Positions 44,267 through 58,787 of a DNA stretch of 64,000 nucleotides are shown here, piece by piece (position 1 is the first letter of the stretch; each line of letters starts with the position of its first letter). A program made the translations under genes and the position numbers. The stretch spans positions 137,082,001 through 137,146,000 of the forward strand of contig OX597816.1 of the NCBI GenBank assembly GCA_951406725.2, in the 5' to 3' direction. The notes under the pieces are model-generated. The model was not told the DNA's origin and did no database searches. It was given only the letters and a program-made list of their open reading frames with translations. The stretch comes from Octopus vulgaris (Eukaryota).

Positions 44267-44284
44267 TATATATATATATATACT

Positions 44285-44318
<34 letters not shown>

Positions 44319-44503
44319 ATAAATATTAGGGAATAAATCCAAATTTACAAGGAAAAATCAGATTTAAGATTGAATCCAATTTTATAGTAAAATATTATAT
44401 TATAATAAATTAGAGACAAAACCACTATTATGCAAAACAAACAAAGAAAGACTTAAGCCAATACATAAAATAATTTATATAAATTAAAATTTAACAAATG
44501 AAT

Positions 44504-44555
44504 AACCACTACGATCGTTTCGTGTCAGCACATCTTAGACATTCTTCAGGTGGTT
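44504..44555 (-). ncRNA. Type I hammerhead, canonical core (left inverted arm)
   Basis: Reverse complement of 46726-46777. Confidence 0.8.
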
Positions 44556-46620
44556 TCTAAACCTAAAATATAAAATATAATCAATATTTTTACGATATAA
44601 ATATCTATATAATCTAAATAAACTCTATTATTGAATATGATTATATCGAAATCGACTATAATGTTAATTATTAACTTTAATTTATAAGGTAGAAAATCCA
44701 TATGCTAATATCCATTTTAGTCTATATCTACTTATATAGATATTTGAAATAACTAATATATATAAATTATCAATGAAAATATATATAAATATTATAATCA
44801 AGATCTAAAATAGACTCTATAAACGATTGTATATAATGAAAACCTAATATATTTAATTTCTCATATTTAAAGATGAAATAGCTAATTTCAAAAAACAAAA
44901 TATATATATATATACACACATGCTCATGCACCTATATACATGTATGTATATAAACACATCCAAATACGCACACAAACTCACACACACACATATACATCTA
45001 CACACACACATAAACATATAGACACAGATATATCCATAATGCAGCCCTACACCTCTACACATCACATATTCATACTCTCACACACACACATACAATCACT
45101 CATTCATAAACACATACTCTCAACAGGACACTAACACAGAGGAGAAATAACATCCAGTATCCGCAGATACTCAACCACATACTTATAGAAATATTTCATT
45201 CTTAGTAAAATAGTATTAAATACTATATACTATATATATGTAATAAACATATATAAATACGTAAACAAACACACACACACATATATATCTATACATACAC
45301 AAATTTAGTAAAATAGTATTAAATACTATATACTATATGTATATAACATATATAAACTCGTAAACAAACACACACACACACACATATCTATACATACACA
45401 AACCCATACAGACACGGATATGTTCTAAATGCAGCCCTATACCTCTACACATCAATTATGCACACCCGCACACACACACACACATACAATCACTCATACA
45501 TAAACGTATGTACACTGCAATACACTAACACATAGAAGAAATAACACCAATAGCCACATATACACAACCACAAACTTATAAGAATATTCCTTACTCAGTA
45601 ATATAGTATTAAAAAATACTATAAGTACTAATCAAATTATGAATGGGAAAAATTATCTAATAAATTATGCTATTATATTAGACATGGCCTAAATCATCTT
45701 AAGTCGAAACCTATCTATTTATCAAAAATTTATCTAAATTATTTAATAACTAATAACATAGAAAATTACGATAAATAGATCATTACATAAACAGCAAGAT
45801 TAACATAAGCAGAATATTATTACTCATAAGGCTAATACAATATTAACAATTTGGAGATAAAAAAAAACTTACCTTCTTAGCGAGTTATAAACTATGAAGT
45901 AATTTGAATCACAATACATCTTAAACAGCGTTTAAGAAATTACATTATAAACAGAAAATAGAATAAAATATTAAATTCTTTGCGCGTGAGGAACCAACGT
46001 TATTAAAGATTATGAATGGAATATTATATGTTTATCATTGTAAAAGGAATGAATTCACAAAAGAATAAAATCTCTCTATACTATAGTATTCAATAATAAA
46101 TAAAACAACCATTATAAACGAAATCCATCTAATGATCAAAAACCACCCATTCCCAAATACACAAAAAAACCTATATAACAATCCCCCCACATATCATAAA
46201 TCACCTCCCACACACCCCATCACATACAAACTAGTACTCATAACAAATACATCCATACCAATTAAAAATTCACAGTACAACCACACACACGTACACACAA
46301 TTATACAAGAAAACATCCAAACATATACATGCACATACATACATACACACACACACACATACACGCACAAACATGCATATACACACATACACAACCCCAT
46401 ACATACACCCATACATACACATACACACACACACTCACATACATTCACACACACATACACACACATATGTACACCCCCCCACACCCATACACATATACAC
46501 ACTCATACATACATATACGTTTATGAATGAGTGATTGTACTCGCGCGCGCGCGAGCATGCACAAGCAATGTGCAGAAGTATAGGATGCACTATAAACACA
46601 TACATACATACATACATACA

Positions 46621-46655
<35 letters not shown>

Positions 46656-46725
46656 GGGTACATTTAGATTATATAGATATTTATATCGTAAAAATATTGA
46701 TTATATTTTATATTTTAGGTTTAGA

Positions 46726-46777
46726 AACCACCTGAAGAATGTCTAAGATGTGCTGACACGAAACGATCGTAGTGGTT
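46726..46777 (+). ncRNA. Type I hammerhead, canonical core (right inverted arm)
   Basis: AACCAC-CTGAAGA-aTGTC taagatgtgct GACAc-GAAA-CGATCG-TA-GTGGTT. Palindromic stem III ACGATCGT. Confidence 0.8.
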
Positions 46778-46881
46778 ATTCATTTGTTAAATTTTAATTT
46801 ATATAAATTATTTTATGTATTGGCTTAAGTCTTTCTTTGTTTGATTTGCATAATAGTGGTTTTGTCTCTAATTTATTATAA

Positions 46882-46958
<77 letters not shown>

Positions 46959-46961
46959 TCA

Positions 46962-47380
46962 TTTGACTGTGGCTATGCTGGACCAACGCCTTTAGTCGAG
47001 CTTATGGACTCCAGGACTTATTCTTTGTAAGCCTAGTACTTATTCTATCGGTCTCTTTTGCCGAACCGCTAAGTTACGGGGACGTAAACACACCAGAATC
47101 GGTTGTCAAGCAATGTTGGGGGGACAAACACACACACAAACATATACACACACATGCGCACACACACACAAACACATCCACACACCCACACACCCACACA
47201 TATATATATATACATATGACGGGCTTCTTTCAGCTTCCGTCTACCAAATCCACTGACAAGGCTTTGGTTGGCCCGAGGCTATAGTAGAAGACAGTTGCCC
47301 AAGGAGCCACGCAGTGGGACTGAACCCGGAACCATGTTGTTCGTAAGCAAGCTACTTACCACACAGACACCCCTACACCT
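46962..47380 (-). mobile_element. SINE family A (local duplicate of 43588-44017)
   Basis: Shares private substitutions with the 43.6-kb copy. Confidence 0.85.
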
Positions 47381-47383
47381 ATT

Positions 47384-47545
<162 letters not shown>

Positions 47546-48474
47546 GTATGTATGTATATGTATAAATATATATATACTACATATGTGGAAAATCGGTGTG
47601 TGTTTGTGGAGTTGTTAGCTAACTCCTCCTACGTCGTTTTATCGATTTTGATGCAACTTGACACGTGAGTAGAACCTATGCCTGGAAACCTCATGGCATA
47701 CTCATATTGTTGAAAAATCGATAATAGGGCCCCTGGGAGCGACCCTTATATATATCTAATATATTTCATTTTAACAGTCAAGGGAAATAACCCATGAATT
47801 TTCCTAAATCATTTGGTATAAATTAAACTGAGTATGCTTATCTTTAATTATTTGAACTGTTAGAGTTATTTTTGGCAATTTATCCTGTACAACCCTTAAA
47901 CAAGTAAATAGTATTTTCTGAAGCAATAGATCCACTTATTTCCGTTAGTGTTATTCACGAATATACCAATACTAGCGCCGCTGAGAGTAGTATTCTCTGA
48001 AAACACACAAAAGCTCTTTTCAGAGTTATTTATTTAGAATTGTTATTATCTCATATCTGATTTGCCTATTATTACGTAACATGCTTCACGATTTTAGTAT
48101 ACATACCTTATTAGTATTTCCTCCTAAGTTCTACATACTCTGGGAACGCTTTAAAACCCTTTTCGGGGCAACTTTATTTGAATTCTTACTATCGGGTAAC
48201 TAATTTCCTGTTATTACGAAACTGACTTACAATTTGGGTATTCATAAATTATTGGGAATTCCTAAAAACAAGATCCTGTGTAAGACAGTTCGGTATTCTT
48301 TGCAAATGCACAAAAGGGATACATACTTTGAACATACTTGAGAGAGCACATATGAAGATCATCAGAAAGGTCGGCATGAGATATATATATATATATGGGC
48401 TGGATATATCGGTGGATATATGAGCGGAAAGATATATGGATATATATATATATATATATACACATGATGGTCGG

Positions 48475-48539
<65 letters not shown>

Positions 48540-48545
<6 letters not shown>

Positions 48546-48903
48546 ATGTGTCCATTTGAACCGCTGGTCACAGCACGCTGTCCACTCCTCTCTGGATCGC
48601 GCCTTTCTCATCCACATGATCCCAATCGTCCTCCTGAAATCGTAATTCCACCGTCGTGGAGGTCTTCCGGGTGATCTTTTCGCTCACGCGGGTACCACTC
48701 GACAACTGCGTGCGTCCACCGATTATCGGTGAGCCGGGCGACGTGTCCAGCCCATCTATACTTGCTGCGTGTATACTCTGCGATGACATCTCTCATGCCG
48801 GACTTCTTTCTGATGATCTTGCTACTTATGTGCTCTCTCAACGAGATACCAAGCATTGACCTTTCCATGGCTCTTTGAGCCGTTACCAGTCTTTGCTCTT
48901 CTC
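48540..48903 (-). mobile_element. 3' fragment of a second RTE-type LINE
   Basis: MERSMLGISL...RWAGHVARLTDNRW..VVEWYPR, typical of RTE ORF2 C-termini. Confidence 0.75.
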
Positions 48904-49331
48904 TCTTATATATATATATTGTATAAAGGGCCTTTGATGCAAGTCTAATAAAGTGCCTTTCTAATGTCTAAAACCGCAAAGATTACGTGATTTTCACTTA
49001 GAATTTTCGCGTAAACTGACGTTGAAAATGGAGATGGTACGGAAACATTTGTAACTTATATTAAAAAATGTGTTGAGGTATTTTCCTTTGTCTTCTTTAG
49101 ATTAGATTGTCTGCTCTTCGCCAACTCTATATGACGGTACAATCGTCACCTGATGTATTCCAGTGTTGGCTTCCATTTCGATAGTGCTTATACCCTAGTA
49201 TTCGGGTCGAGTGCTTCTCTGTAAAAACCCCAACTTCACACTCAAGCTGAACTATGTCTATGTATATGTATATATGTGTAGATATGTATGTTTCATATAT
49301 TAATGTGTGTATATTAATGTATATATATACA

Positions 49332-49390
<59 letters not shown>

Positions 49391-49422
49391 AGAAGGTTGA
49401 AAAAGAACACACGAGTTGATAC

Positions 49423-49762
49423 ATATGGAAAAAATAGTCAAGGTAGAAAATGCTAAAATAATTTTATAAAAAACATTTCAGTACAGATTTCAGCCATTGA
49501 GACATTTTTCAACTGTCAGTATGGAAAACAATTGAATTTTTTAAACAGAATATTTGCATAGTGTTCAAATACAAGGAAAATGCCAACTGTATTTGAACAC
49601 TATGCAAATATTCTTTTAAAAAAACATTTCTTTTAATTTTTCCAAAATTTAATTGTTTTCCACACTTAGACTTGAAAAAGTCTCAATGACCGAAACCAGT
49701 ACGGAAATGTTTTTTATAAAATTATTTTAGCATTTTCTACCTTTTCTACCTTGACTTTTTTT

Positions 49763-49768
<6 letters not shown>
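49423..49768. repeat. ~350-bp palindrome with degenerate U3-A8 hammerhead motifs in both arms
   Basis: Arms centre on ~49575-49587. Motif cag-TTGAAAA-..gtctcaatg(a/g)c.-GAAA-....-TA-ctg at 49479-49515 (-) and 49668-49704 (+). Confidence 0.75.
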
Positions 49769-49830
<62 letters not shown>

Positions 49831-49899
49831 GAACAATTACTTTGAAGCATTGTGTAGAATATATTGTACAAAATGTGGTAGCTTTATGAAGCACATAAT

Positions 49900-51050
49900 G
49901 CTAACCATTATAGTTAGTAACACCTATTTTCTGTATAAGGGTGTGACTTACAAACAGACGTCCGGCCTACCTATATGATCTAGCCTTTCAGGCCTGCTGG
50001 CCATCATTTACATGCATAAGCTAGAACGCACAGCACTCAACACCTGCCGCACATGCATCTTCTTCTCCACATACATTGATGGCATCCTTATCATCACATT
50101 GAGACGAATCCGGAACCCTCTCTCTACTCGACTTTCAACTCAGGATCACAGAGGAGGGCTCCATATTTACCAAATTCTACAGAAAAGCCGCTAGCAGAAA
50201 ACTTTTCGTCCACTACCAATCAGCCTTATCCACCAGAGCCAAACAACGCATACGTGAGAAACGAGATTGCATGTATAAACAACAATTGCAGCAAAGTGAC
50301 CTACAAAGCCGTCAACACCAAGCAGTTCATCAGAGACCTAACTCTGAATGGCTACCCAGCATCTTAAGCCAAATAACGGCGCCTAAAGAACATCAGGGTC
50401 AATAAACCGTTATACTACCAATTCCAGCACGTGCTTCCTAAAGCTACCACATTTTGAAGACAGAACTACTGCAGCGATACAACACTCAGTCCGCAGAGGA
50501 CTCGACACACAGATAGTGTACACTTAGAAAAGCTCTGTCCAAGAACAACACCTCTCATTACTCCGAAGAGTGCACATTATTGAACTGCCCCATGAATGAC
50601 CCTGAATTGTGCCAGAGGACCTACCTTGCATACGAGGTCATCTGTGGAAAATGTGGCGCATCGGACATCGGAAGCAAGACAAGAAAACTGTATATACGCA
50701 TAAAGGAACAAATGCAGGCTGACACTTCTGTGAAGAAACATCTGCGAAAGTGCCAGACCCAGGAATCCACAGTGCACATCAGGGGAACACAGCGAAGCAG
50801 GGGCAACCTTAGAATTTCTGAGGCCATTCTCATACACCATAGGGAACCAAATATCAACAACAGAAGAGAGTTACAGGAAGCTAGCTGGTTGCTATAGCAA
50901 CACCTTTCCGCGCATGTCCACTCCACACGCTCTCACACACACGCATATCGGCAACATTCGATAATTTCTTGATAATGGGGTCATAATCCCGAAGCACTAC
51001 ATCAATTCTTATATTTGTTTTTTGTGATTTGTCTTGCATTTACTCGCATT
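49900..51050 (+). mobile_element. Degenerate Penelope-like element (RT remnant + GIY-YIG)
   Basis: YKQTSGLP..SSLSGLLAIIYM and TYID RT-like motifs. ORF 50580-50897 AYEVICGKCGASDIGS..R.L..RIKE...EAILI...PNIN. Hammerhead-like TTGATAA..GAAG at 50969-51000. Confidence 0.7.
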
Positions 51051-51160
51051 GTTCTGATCTTTCGCACGATCCGTCGCTTTTTATATTTTTGAATTTATTG
51101 CGTTTTTAAATTTTGCAATCTATTTTTTTCGAGAATTCTATCTTTGAATCATTTTGGAAT

Positions 51161-51870
<710 letters not shown>

Positions 51871-52089
51871 TATATAATCATATAATAACAATTTACTTGG
51901 AAGGATGTACATAAATATGTATATATACATACATATATGAGTACGTGCGTTCAATCATAATAACAATTTAATAAATAAATTATATGCATACATACATATA
52001 TGTATATCTACATCTATATATATATATCTGTAAATGTATATATATATGTATGTATCAAATGAAATAAAAAACAGAACACAAAGGATGTC

Positions 52090-52181
52090 GCGGTACACAT
52101 GTTTCGAGCTTTATAAAACAACTTATTCTTACATCAAATTATAATCGACGTAACAGATAGTTTAAAGCCCTCTTCAGCCGC
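52090..52181 (-). ncRNA. Type I hammerhead with long stem II insert
   Basis: GCGG-CTGAAGA-GGGCTTTA...TAAAGCTC-GAAA-CATGTG-TA-CCGC. Confidence 0.7.
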
Positions 52182-53463
52182 ATGCAATAGCTACATCAAA
52201 GACTTGTATCACATTATGGAAGGTCTGAGAAAGAACATTTGGTATTATTTATAATGGTAGGTAAACTGAGTATCACTGAGAAAGTATGTTTGTAAATCTT
52301 CATAATCAAATGGGTGTACAGGGTATTATTGGACTCCAAAAATCCATCCATACCGTTTTCTCACTCAATATAGAGTGAATACTGGGTAGATTCCGGTTGG
52401 GTTCATTCCTCTTGTAAGGGAAGGAAATAAGGAGGATTTAAATCCACATCTTTGTCTATATATCTACCTTCTCTATAATGTTGCCACTTGATATGAAAAT
52501 TTTTGTATTAATGGAAAACCTCTATAATTGGCTGAGGAGTGCTCAGCATTTTAAAACTGTTGTCATACTTACAACATTTAATAAAATGATGTAGTACGAA
52601 ACGATCGTACCAAATTACCGGAGTCATTCTTGTTGCTTATTTTGATTATATATATATATATTTATATATATATACACATACATACATACACAACACCAAC
52701 ACATACATAGATACACACACACACACACATGTGCACACACAGGTACATACATACACACACATACATACAAACAGACACACGCATATGCCCTCACACACAT
52801 ACGCACACACATATATACACACACACATATACGCATATATATACATATACATATATACATGTGTGTGGGTGTGTGTACACTTCCACTCGTACATACGTCC
52901 ACGCATGCATACGTGTAAATCTCAAAAAGTATAAATCTTCATACCTATACGCCCGAGGATTCATTCATACACACGCAAAAACATCACACCTTCTAAATAT
53001 CTATCTTGAATTTGGGGATGTAACATTTTAAATTAATTAGCAAGTTAATAATTAAGTGTAAGGGTAAAGTAAACGGTAAATTAGAAAAAAGTAAAAAAAA
53101 TACGGTAAAATTAGAGAAAAAAAGTAAAAAAGTAAAAATAAAGATAAAAGTAAAATCAGAAAAATCTCAGAAAAGATAGGAAAAAGATGGGAAAAAAATA
53201 AGAAAGAATAATAAGAAAAAAGAAAACTAGGAAAACATAGGAAAAAAATAGGAAAGGAAAAATTAGAGAAAAATTAGAGAAAAATCATAAGAAAAATAAG
53301 AAAGGTGAGAAAGATACATTAAATAAGAAAAATTAAGAAAAAGCACAACATCAATGTACAGAAGCAGAGATTAGAATGGAAAAGAGAATCGAGAAATGCT
53401 GGAGATAACAATGTTGTAAATGACTATGAAGATATTACAGTGGAGAATTAAGGATTATGAAAT

Positions 53464-55070
53464 TTAAGCCTTATAATATTTGAAAGTATTAGTTAATTTA
53501 TGCATAGAAGATGGTCTAAATTCAGATCTTTTATTAATTAGTTTGTTTTTATCTTTGGATTTAATGATTTTTAGGAGTTCTATGCAACATAGCTGGCACC
53601 CTGTTCTATTATTTTTATAAGACGCAGCTGATCCGATAATGGACCACCTAAGGCTAAATTCGATATTATTGTCCTTAAGTTCCCAAATTTTTCTTGATAA
53701 TGATGTACTACTAGCCTTGTGTTTGAGCCTAAAGGATGACCGGTGGTTATAGAATCTAGATTTCCAGATGGATGAGCACCCAATGTATGTAAGAATGTTT
53801 GCTTCAGTAATTACTTCATAGGAATGAACTACATTTTTAGCTAAGAAATTTCCATGTAAAGGACAGGCTGTTGCATCCACACAATTGCATCCGAATTACC
53901 ATTTCCCGGCTGTCTGTTATTAATCTGTGGACAGATAATTTCGGTATGGTTGTTGTCAAGGTTGCTATTATGGTAGATAGAAGCTCCGCTAATATTTTCG
54001 CCATTGTTACTGCTATTATCACTATTGGTGCTATTTAAGTTGTTCCGGCCTATATTTCTTCTACTTCCAGTACCGATATTGGATCTATCTTCTACATTTC
54101 TATTATTGCTAGTTATATTGCTATTACAATTGGTATAATTAAATTCACAATTATTATTCGATGTGGACTGAGTTATCACATTAAAAGTTGTAATAGTATT
54201 ATCTTCATTAGTTATATAATTATTGGGTATAAGATTATCTCCGTTATTGTAATGGGTGTTGTTACTAGCTGTTTCAATATTGCTATTACTATCCAGATTA
54301 TTATTGTTATTATATTGGCTGTTACTATTATTAATGTGGCTATAGTCATTATCAACATTAAATTCGCTGTTTAGGGAACTACTGTTATTTATCTCTAAGT
54401 TGTCAGCTTGGCGGTTAGGTATCGAAGTTATAGGGGTAATGCTTTGGCTATTGTTATTAGTTTGGCTACTACCAATGTTAACACCTGGACTGTTGGGGTT
54501 TGAATGATCATTATTATTTACTCTCAAAGTAGCTGTTCTAATTTTAATATTATTATGTTTAGCTATGAGACAGCTCATGTTAGGTAGAGTTGAGTATGAT
54601 ATCCTAATAGTTTTATTTGAAAAGATACTCCTATATTTATGAGTGGGTGGGAAGTTATTGGAAATTATTGAAAATATTTTTTTGCATAATTTACCCTTAA
54701 CCGCTATATTATATGGTATGTTATACCATATATAGTTACGTAATCTACTGTTCTTACTCCTGTGTCTTCTAATATTATCTGTGCTACACTCATCGGTAGG
54801 GTTTTCATTAACTAAATTTCTATTGGTGCGATTTCTATGTTTGTTTCCTAGTCTTGTTTGAATTTAAATTTGAATTTGTATTAGTTGAATCTGTGTTTTT
54901 ATTGCAACTAATACAAATTCAAATTTAAATGAATGGTTTTGGAATCCTTAGTTCGTTTATATGATGAAGTTTTATTGATGACGGATGTTCTAGGCGGTTC
55001 ATCATATGATTTTTTGCCGAAAGATATTTTCTGGGGGTATCCAGCACTAGAGAGGGCTTGGTTATAATGA
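53464..55070 (-). mobile_element. Penelope-like element 3' part with Asn-rich inserts and GIY-YIG endonuclease
   Basis: CPLHGN...VVH....YIGCSS.WKSRFYNH..SF...TSLSRKIWELK...WSII...CQLC..E...INKRSE. Upstream YNQAL..AGY and ISYS..PNM segments. Confidence 0.75.
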
Positions 55071-55694
55071 TGCGCATATATATATATATATATACATCTC
55101 TCTATATACACACGCGCACGCGCACGCACGCCTACGCACGCACGCACGCCCACGCACGCACGTCCACGCACGCACGCCCACGCACGCACGCCCACGCACG
55201 CACGCCCACGCACGCACGCCCACGCACGCACGCACGCACACACACACTTACACATACGGACGCGTGCATATGTTCAATACCGTGTATGTTTTCAAACATG
55301 TCAAATCCGATGAAACAATTCAATTTAGGAAAATTCTGTTCTTGCATGATCATGATTTTGACGTCTAACAATGTTCAAATGAATGAAACTGGGAAACCTT
55401 TCGAAAATATTTCAAAAGAAAAAAATTCACGGATATTAGAGAAGGAGAAATTAAAATATTGACATTGGGGATTTTAATTGTTTTTTATTTGCCGTATCGC
55501 AATTTCGCTTATTTCACACACAAAACAGAAAGATCTTTCGAATGAACCAACTCCAACAAATTGTGAAAAAGGATTTATTTTCTTTCAAATCGTAATTTGT
55601 AAACTAAATAATTTCCTAGTCGAATGTGCTTAAAAAGATTAACACAGACACACACACAGACACACACACACACACAGACACACACACACACACA

Positions 55695-55829
<135 letters not shown>

Positions 55830-56526
55830 TCGTATTTTACTGTGGAACCCGAACTAGCAAAAACCATAATAAAATAGAGTGAAACTGGGTTAACAAAACT
55901 CTACAACTCTTTCTATCCAATGGTTTTTTCCAACCCAATACGTACACGTACATGGTTATCTATTTCGAGTTCCTCCATTGAAAACGAATTATTTCACGCC
56001 TCTCAAAGTTACCAATTGTTATGGTATAAACAATATGTGTGTATGTGTGTCTGCCCGTAGCTACATAAATATACAAACATATGCATATGTGGTTTATTTT
56101 AATATTATTATCATTCATTTGTGTAAGTAAATGAAAGTATTCAGTATCTTTTTTTCATAGATCTGTGTCTCACCGCGCCAATAACAAATATAAAATTCAT
56201 CTTATGAATAACACATGCAAGTTCAAATACTTTCTCTTGAAAACATACCCCGCAGAAGTATGATAAATGGAAACTAGCGTCAAAGATCCTCATGATACTT
56301 GAGAATTACAATGAACGCAGTTTTATATTATTAATAATATCTTCTTAATTTGCTAATGTGTACATTTTGACAGAAAGGCGTGATAAATGTCAGAAACAAG
56401 CACATATCGATAAGCACCAAGAATTCCATTACGTTGGCATAACTGAATGTCATGCGATGGAATACGTTATATTGCATGCAAGAACATACGCATAAATTTA
56501 AAGTACAAGTGAAAAATAGTTTGATA

Positions 56527-58005
56527 TTAATCATCATTGCACTGCATAATACAACAACGATCAACGGTGTCTTTAACATATATTTCTGATGTTGCATTGT
56601 TAAAGCCTATATTAGCACAAATAAAATCCTGACAGTTTGCCCAATCGCATGCTTTCTGATTGTAACCAAAAAAATTGCAAGAATATTTTGTGTCACAAAT
56701 ATTATATAACCACCATCCATCGTTGAAAGTAAGGTTGGAACCTATCAGCTCGATATCTCTATATGGACAGCGTGGTTTTGGGGTCAATACGCCATTATGA
56801 CACATCACAAACTTGTTGGAGTTCTTCACGTAAGGAAATTGACATGAATACGTAATATTCGTGTTTTCTGGAACCGTGCTACCAAATGGAAGATATTGCA
56901 AAGTGTCTGAATTTCGGTAGCTATATATGTTAGACTTGTATAACAATTGACAGTTCTTTACACACCGTGGAAGTTTTCCACTCCACGTTCCATTTTCTAA
57001 ACATGTCCTTTTAGAATCTCCCAACAACGTTTCTTCAGCAGAACAGCTATATTCAATAACTGAAAAATTATGTGACAAAATATAATTTAATCCATGTAGT
57101 TTCTCAATTTTGCACGTTTTTCTGCAAAGTATGTCTGGATACCATTTACTTGAAAAGCATTGAACGACTCCAAATGCGAGAGGAATGAAGGATCGTTTGC
57201 ACGAATATAACACTTTCTCTCCTTGATTGATTAAGGTTCTTGGTTTTAAAATTGTACCTTCAGAAATAGTCACCACACTGCCAGCAATTTCAGGTACAAC
57301 ACATTTCAAAATGCAGACAGGTGCCGGAAAGCTCCAGCTACCGCCTTGAAGACAAGTTAATACAGCTTCACCTTTCAGACTATAAGGTCTAAAGCAACTG
57401 AAAGAAATTGTTTCGTTCACTTTAATTTCATTTATATTGTTTACATTGCCATGTTTGGGTGGATGCAGTGGGAGACATTTAACAATTTCACAGATTGGTG
57501 GTAGAGACGACCACTGTTTATTTTCTTGACAACGTATTGAATTGTTTCCTCGCAAAATATAATCAGAAAGGCAGTAAAAGCGAATAACAGAGTTATATGT
57601 GTATGCAATATTTATCATGAAACTGTGTGCAGGTTTAGGAAAAATGGGGCAAGTTATTAACTTACATTTTCTATCTTCATAAATCCATTTACCATTCCAA
57701 CAAATAATATCGGCTGTATTCTCTACGCTTGCTTCAAAATAGCGGTTGCACTTTTGTTGCAGGTGTATTTTTTCCTCTTCCCATTTCAAAGTATATTGAA
57801 TTCGACTGTTGTTTAATTTCGGTAACGGACCGCAGTTTAGGATTTTTATCATTTGTTCAAGAAACCACGGAGTATAGTTTTTGCAGGTTGACGTCGAATT
57901 ACTGTATTCCGACACAATCTTTTTCATAACATTTGCAACTGTATTATTTTCACTCTTCACCGTGAATAAGATAAAGAAAAGGAAATAAAATGTATTGGAT
58001 ACCAT
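56527..58005 (-). CDS. Intronless secreted multi-Sushi/CCP protein, paralogue 3, 492 aa
   Basis: Uninterrupted ORF colinear with paralogue 1: signal peptide, six CCP modules, 8-Cys C-terminal domain ending CNDD. TATAAAA 108 nt upstream. Confidence 0.9.
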   Translation of the reverse strand: MVSNTFYFLFFILFTVKSENNTVANVMKKIVSEYSNSTSTCKNYTPWFLEQMIKILNCGPLPKLNNSRIQYTLKWEEEKIHLQQKCNRYFEASVENTADIICWNGKWIYEDRKCKLITCPIFPKPAHSFMINIAYTYNSVIRFYCLSDYILRGNNSIRCQENKQWSSLPPICEIVKCLPLHPPKHGNVNNINEIKVNETISFSCFRPYSLKGEAVLTCLQGGSWSFPAPVCILKCVVPEIAGSVVTISEGTILKPRTLINQGEKVLYSCKRSFIPLAFGVVQCFSSKWYPDILCRKTCKIEKLHGLNYILSHNFSVIEYSCSAEETLLGDSKRTCLENGTWSGKLPRCVKNCQLLYKSNIYSYRNSDTLQYLPFGSTVPENTNITYSCQFPYVKNSNKFVMCHNGVLTPKPRCPYRDIELIGSNLTFNDGWWLYNICDTKYSCNFFGYNQKACDWANCQDFICANIGFNNATSEIYVKDTVDRCCIMQCNDD

Positions 58006-58190
58006 TCTCTCAGTTTTGATATACTTTTGTCTGTCATGAAAAGGACTTGTAATGTTTAAAGGGTAGTCGCTTGTTCACTTTAATTCTAATGTCTTCTTGA
58101 GGAGTCTTTTATACTCTCCTTAACCCTCTTTTCCTCCAGTCAGCAATAAATAATTTTGTTGAGTCTTATTTTAAAATTGAGACATAGTTA
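58006..58190 (-). promoter_or_regulatory. Promoter/5'UTR of paralogue 3, TATAAAA at 58107-58113
   Basis: Closely similar to the paralogue 2 promoter in reverse orientation. Confidence 0.6.
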
Positions 58191-58661
58191 ATTAGAGCGG
58201 GAATAGGGTATATGAAAAAATGTAAGTAGGTGGGGCTTTTGCTTGACACACATACACACACATACACACACATACATATATATATGTGCGTGTGTGTGTA
58301 TGTGTGTGTATGTGTGTGTATGTGTGTCAAGCAATATATATATATATATATATTTCGTTTTCACAAAGTATATATATATAGAAGTATATACATTGCCTGG
58401 TTACGTGTCTTCATACTACATCCTCAGCGTGTATATATATATATATATACATACATATATACATACATATATATATATAAATATATATATATGTATATGT
58501 ATACATACATACATATATATACATATATATATATGCATATGTATATATATATATACATACATACATACATATATATTTATATATATATATGCATATATAT
58601 ATAAATATATATACATATGCATATATATAAAGATATGCATATATATATGTATATATATATG

Positions 58662-58696
<35 letters not shown>

Positions 58697-58720
58697 TGTA
58701 GTATATATATATAGTATGTA

Positions 58721-58784
<64 letters not shown>

Positions 58785-58787
<3 letters not shown>

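Larger units (their letters stand above)
44397..46884. mobile_element. ~2.5-kb element bounded by ~223-bp inverted repeats that each contain a hammerhead
   Basis: 44397-44619 is the reverse complement of 46662-46884. The interior is AT-rich with a diverged internal tandem duplication (~44930-45620). Confidence 0.7.
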
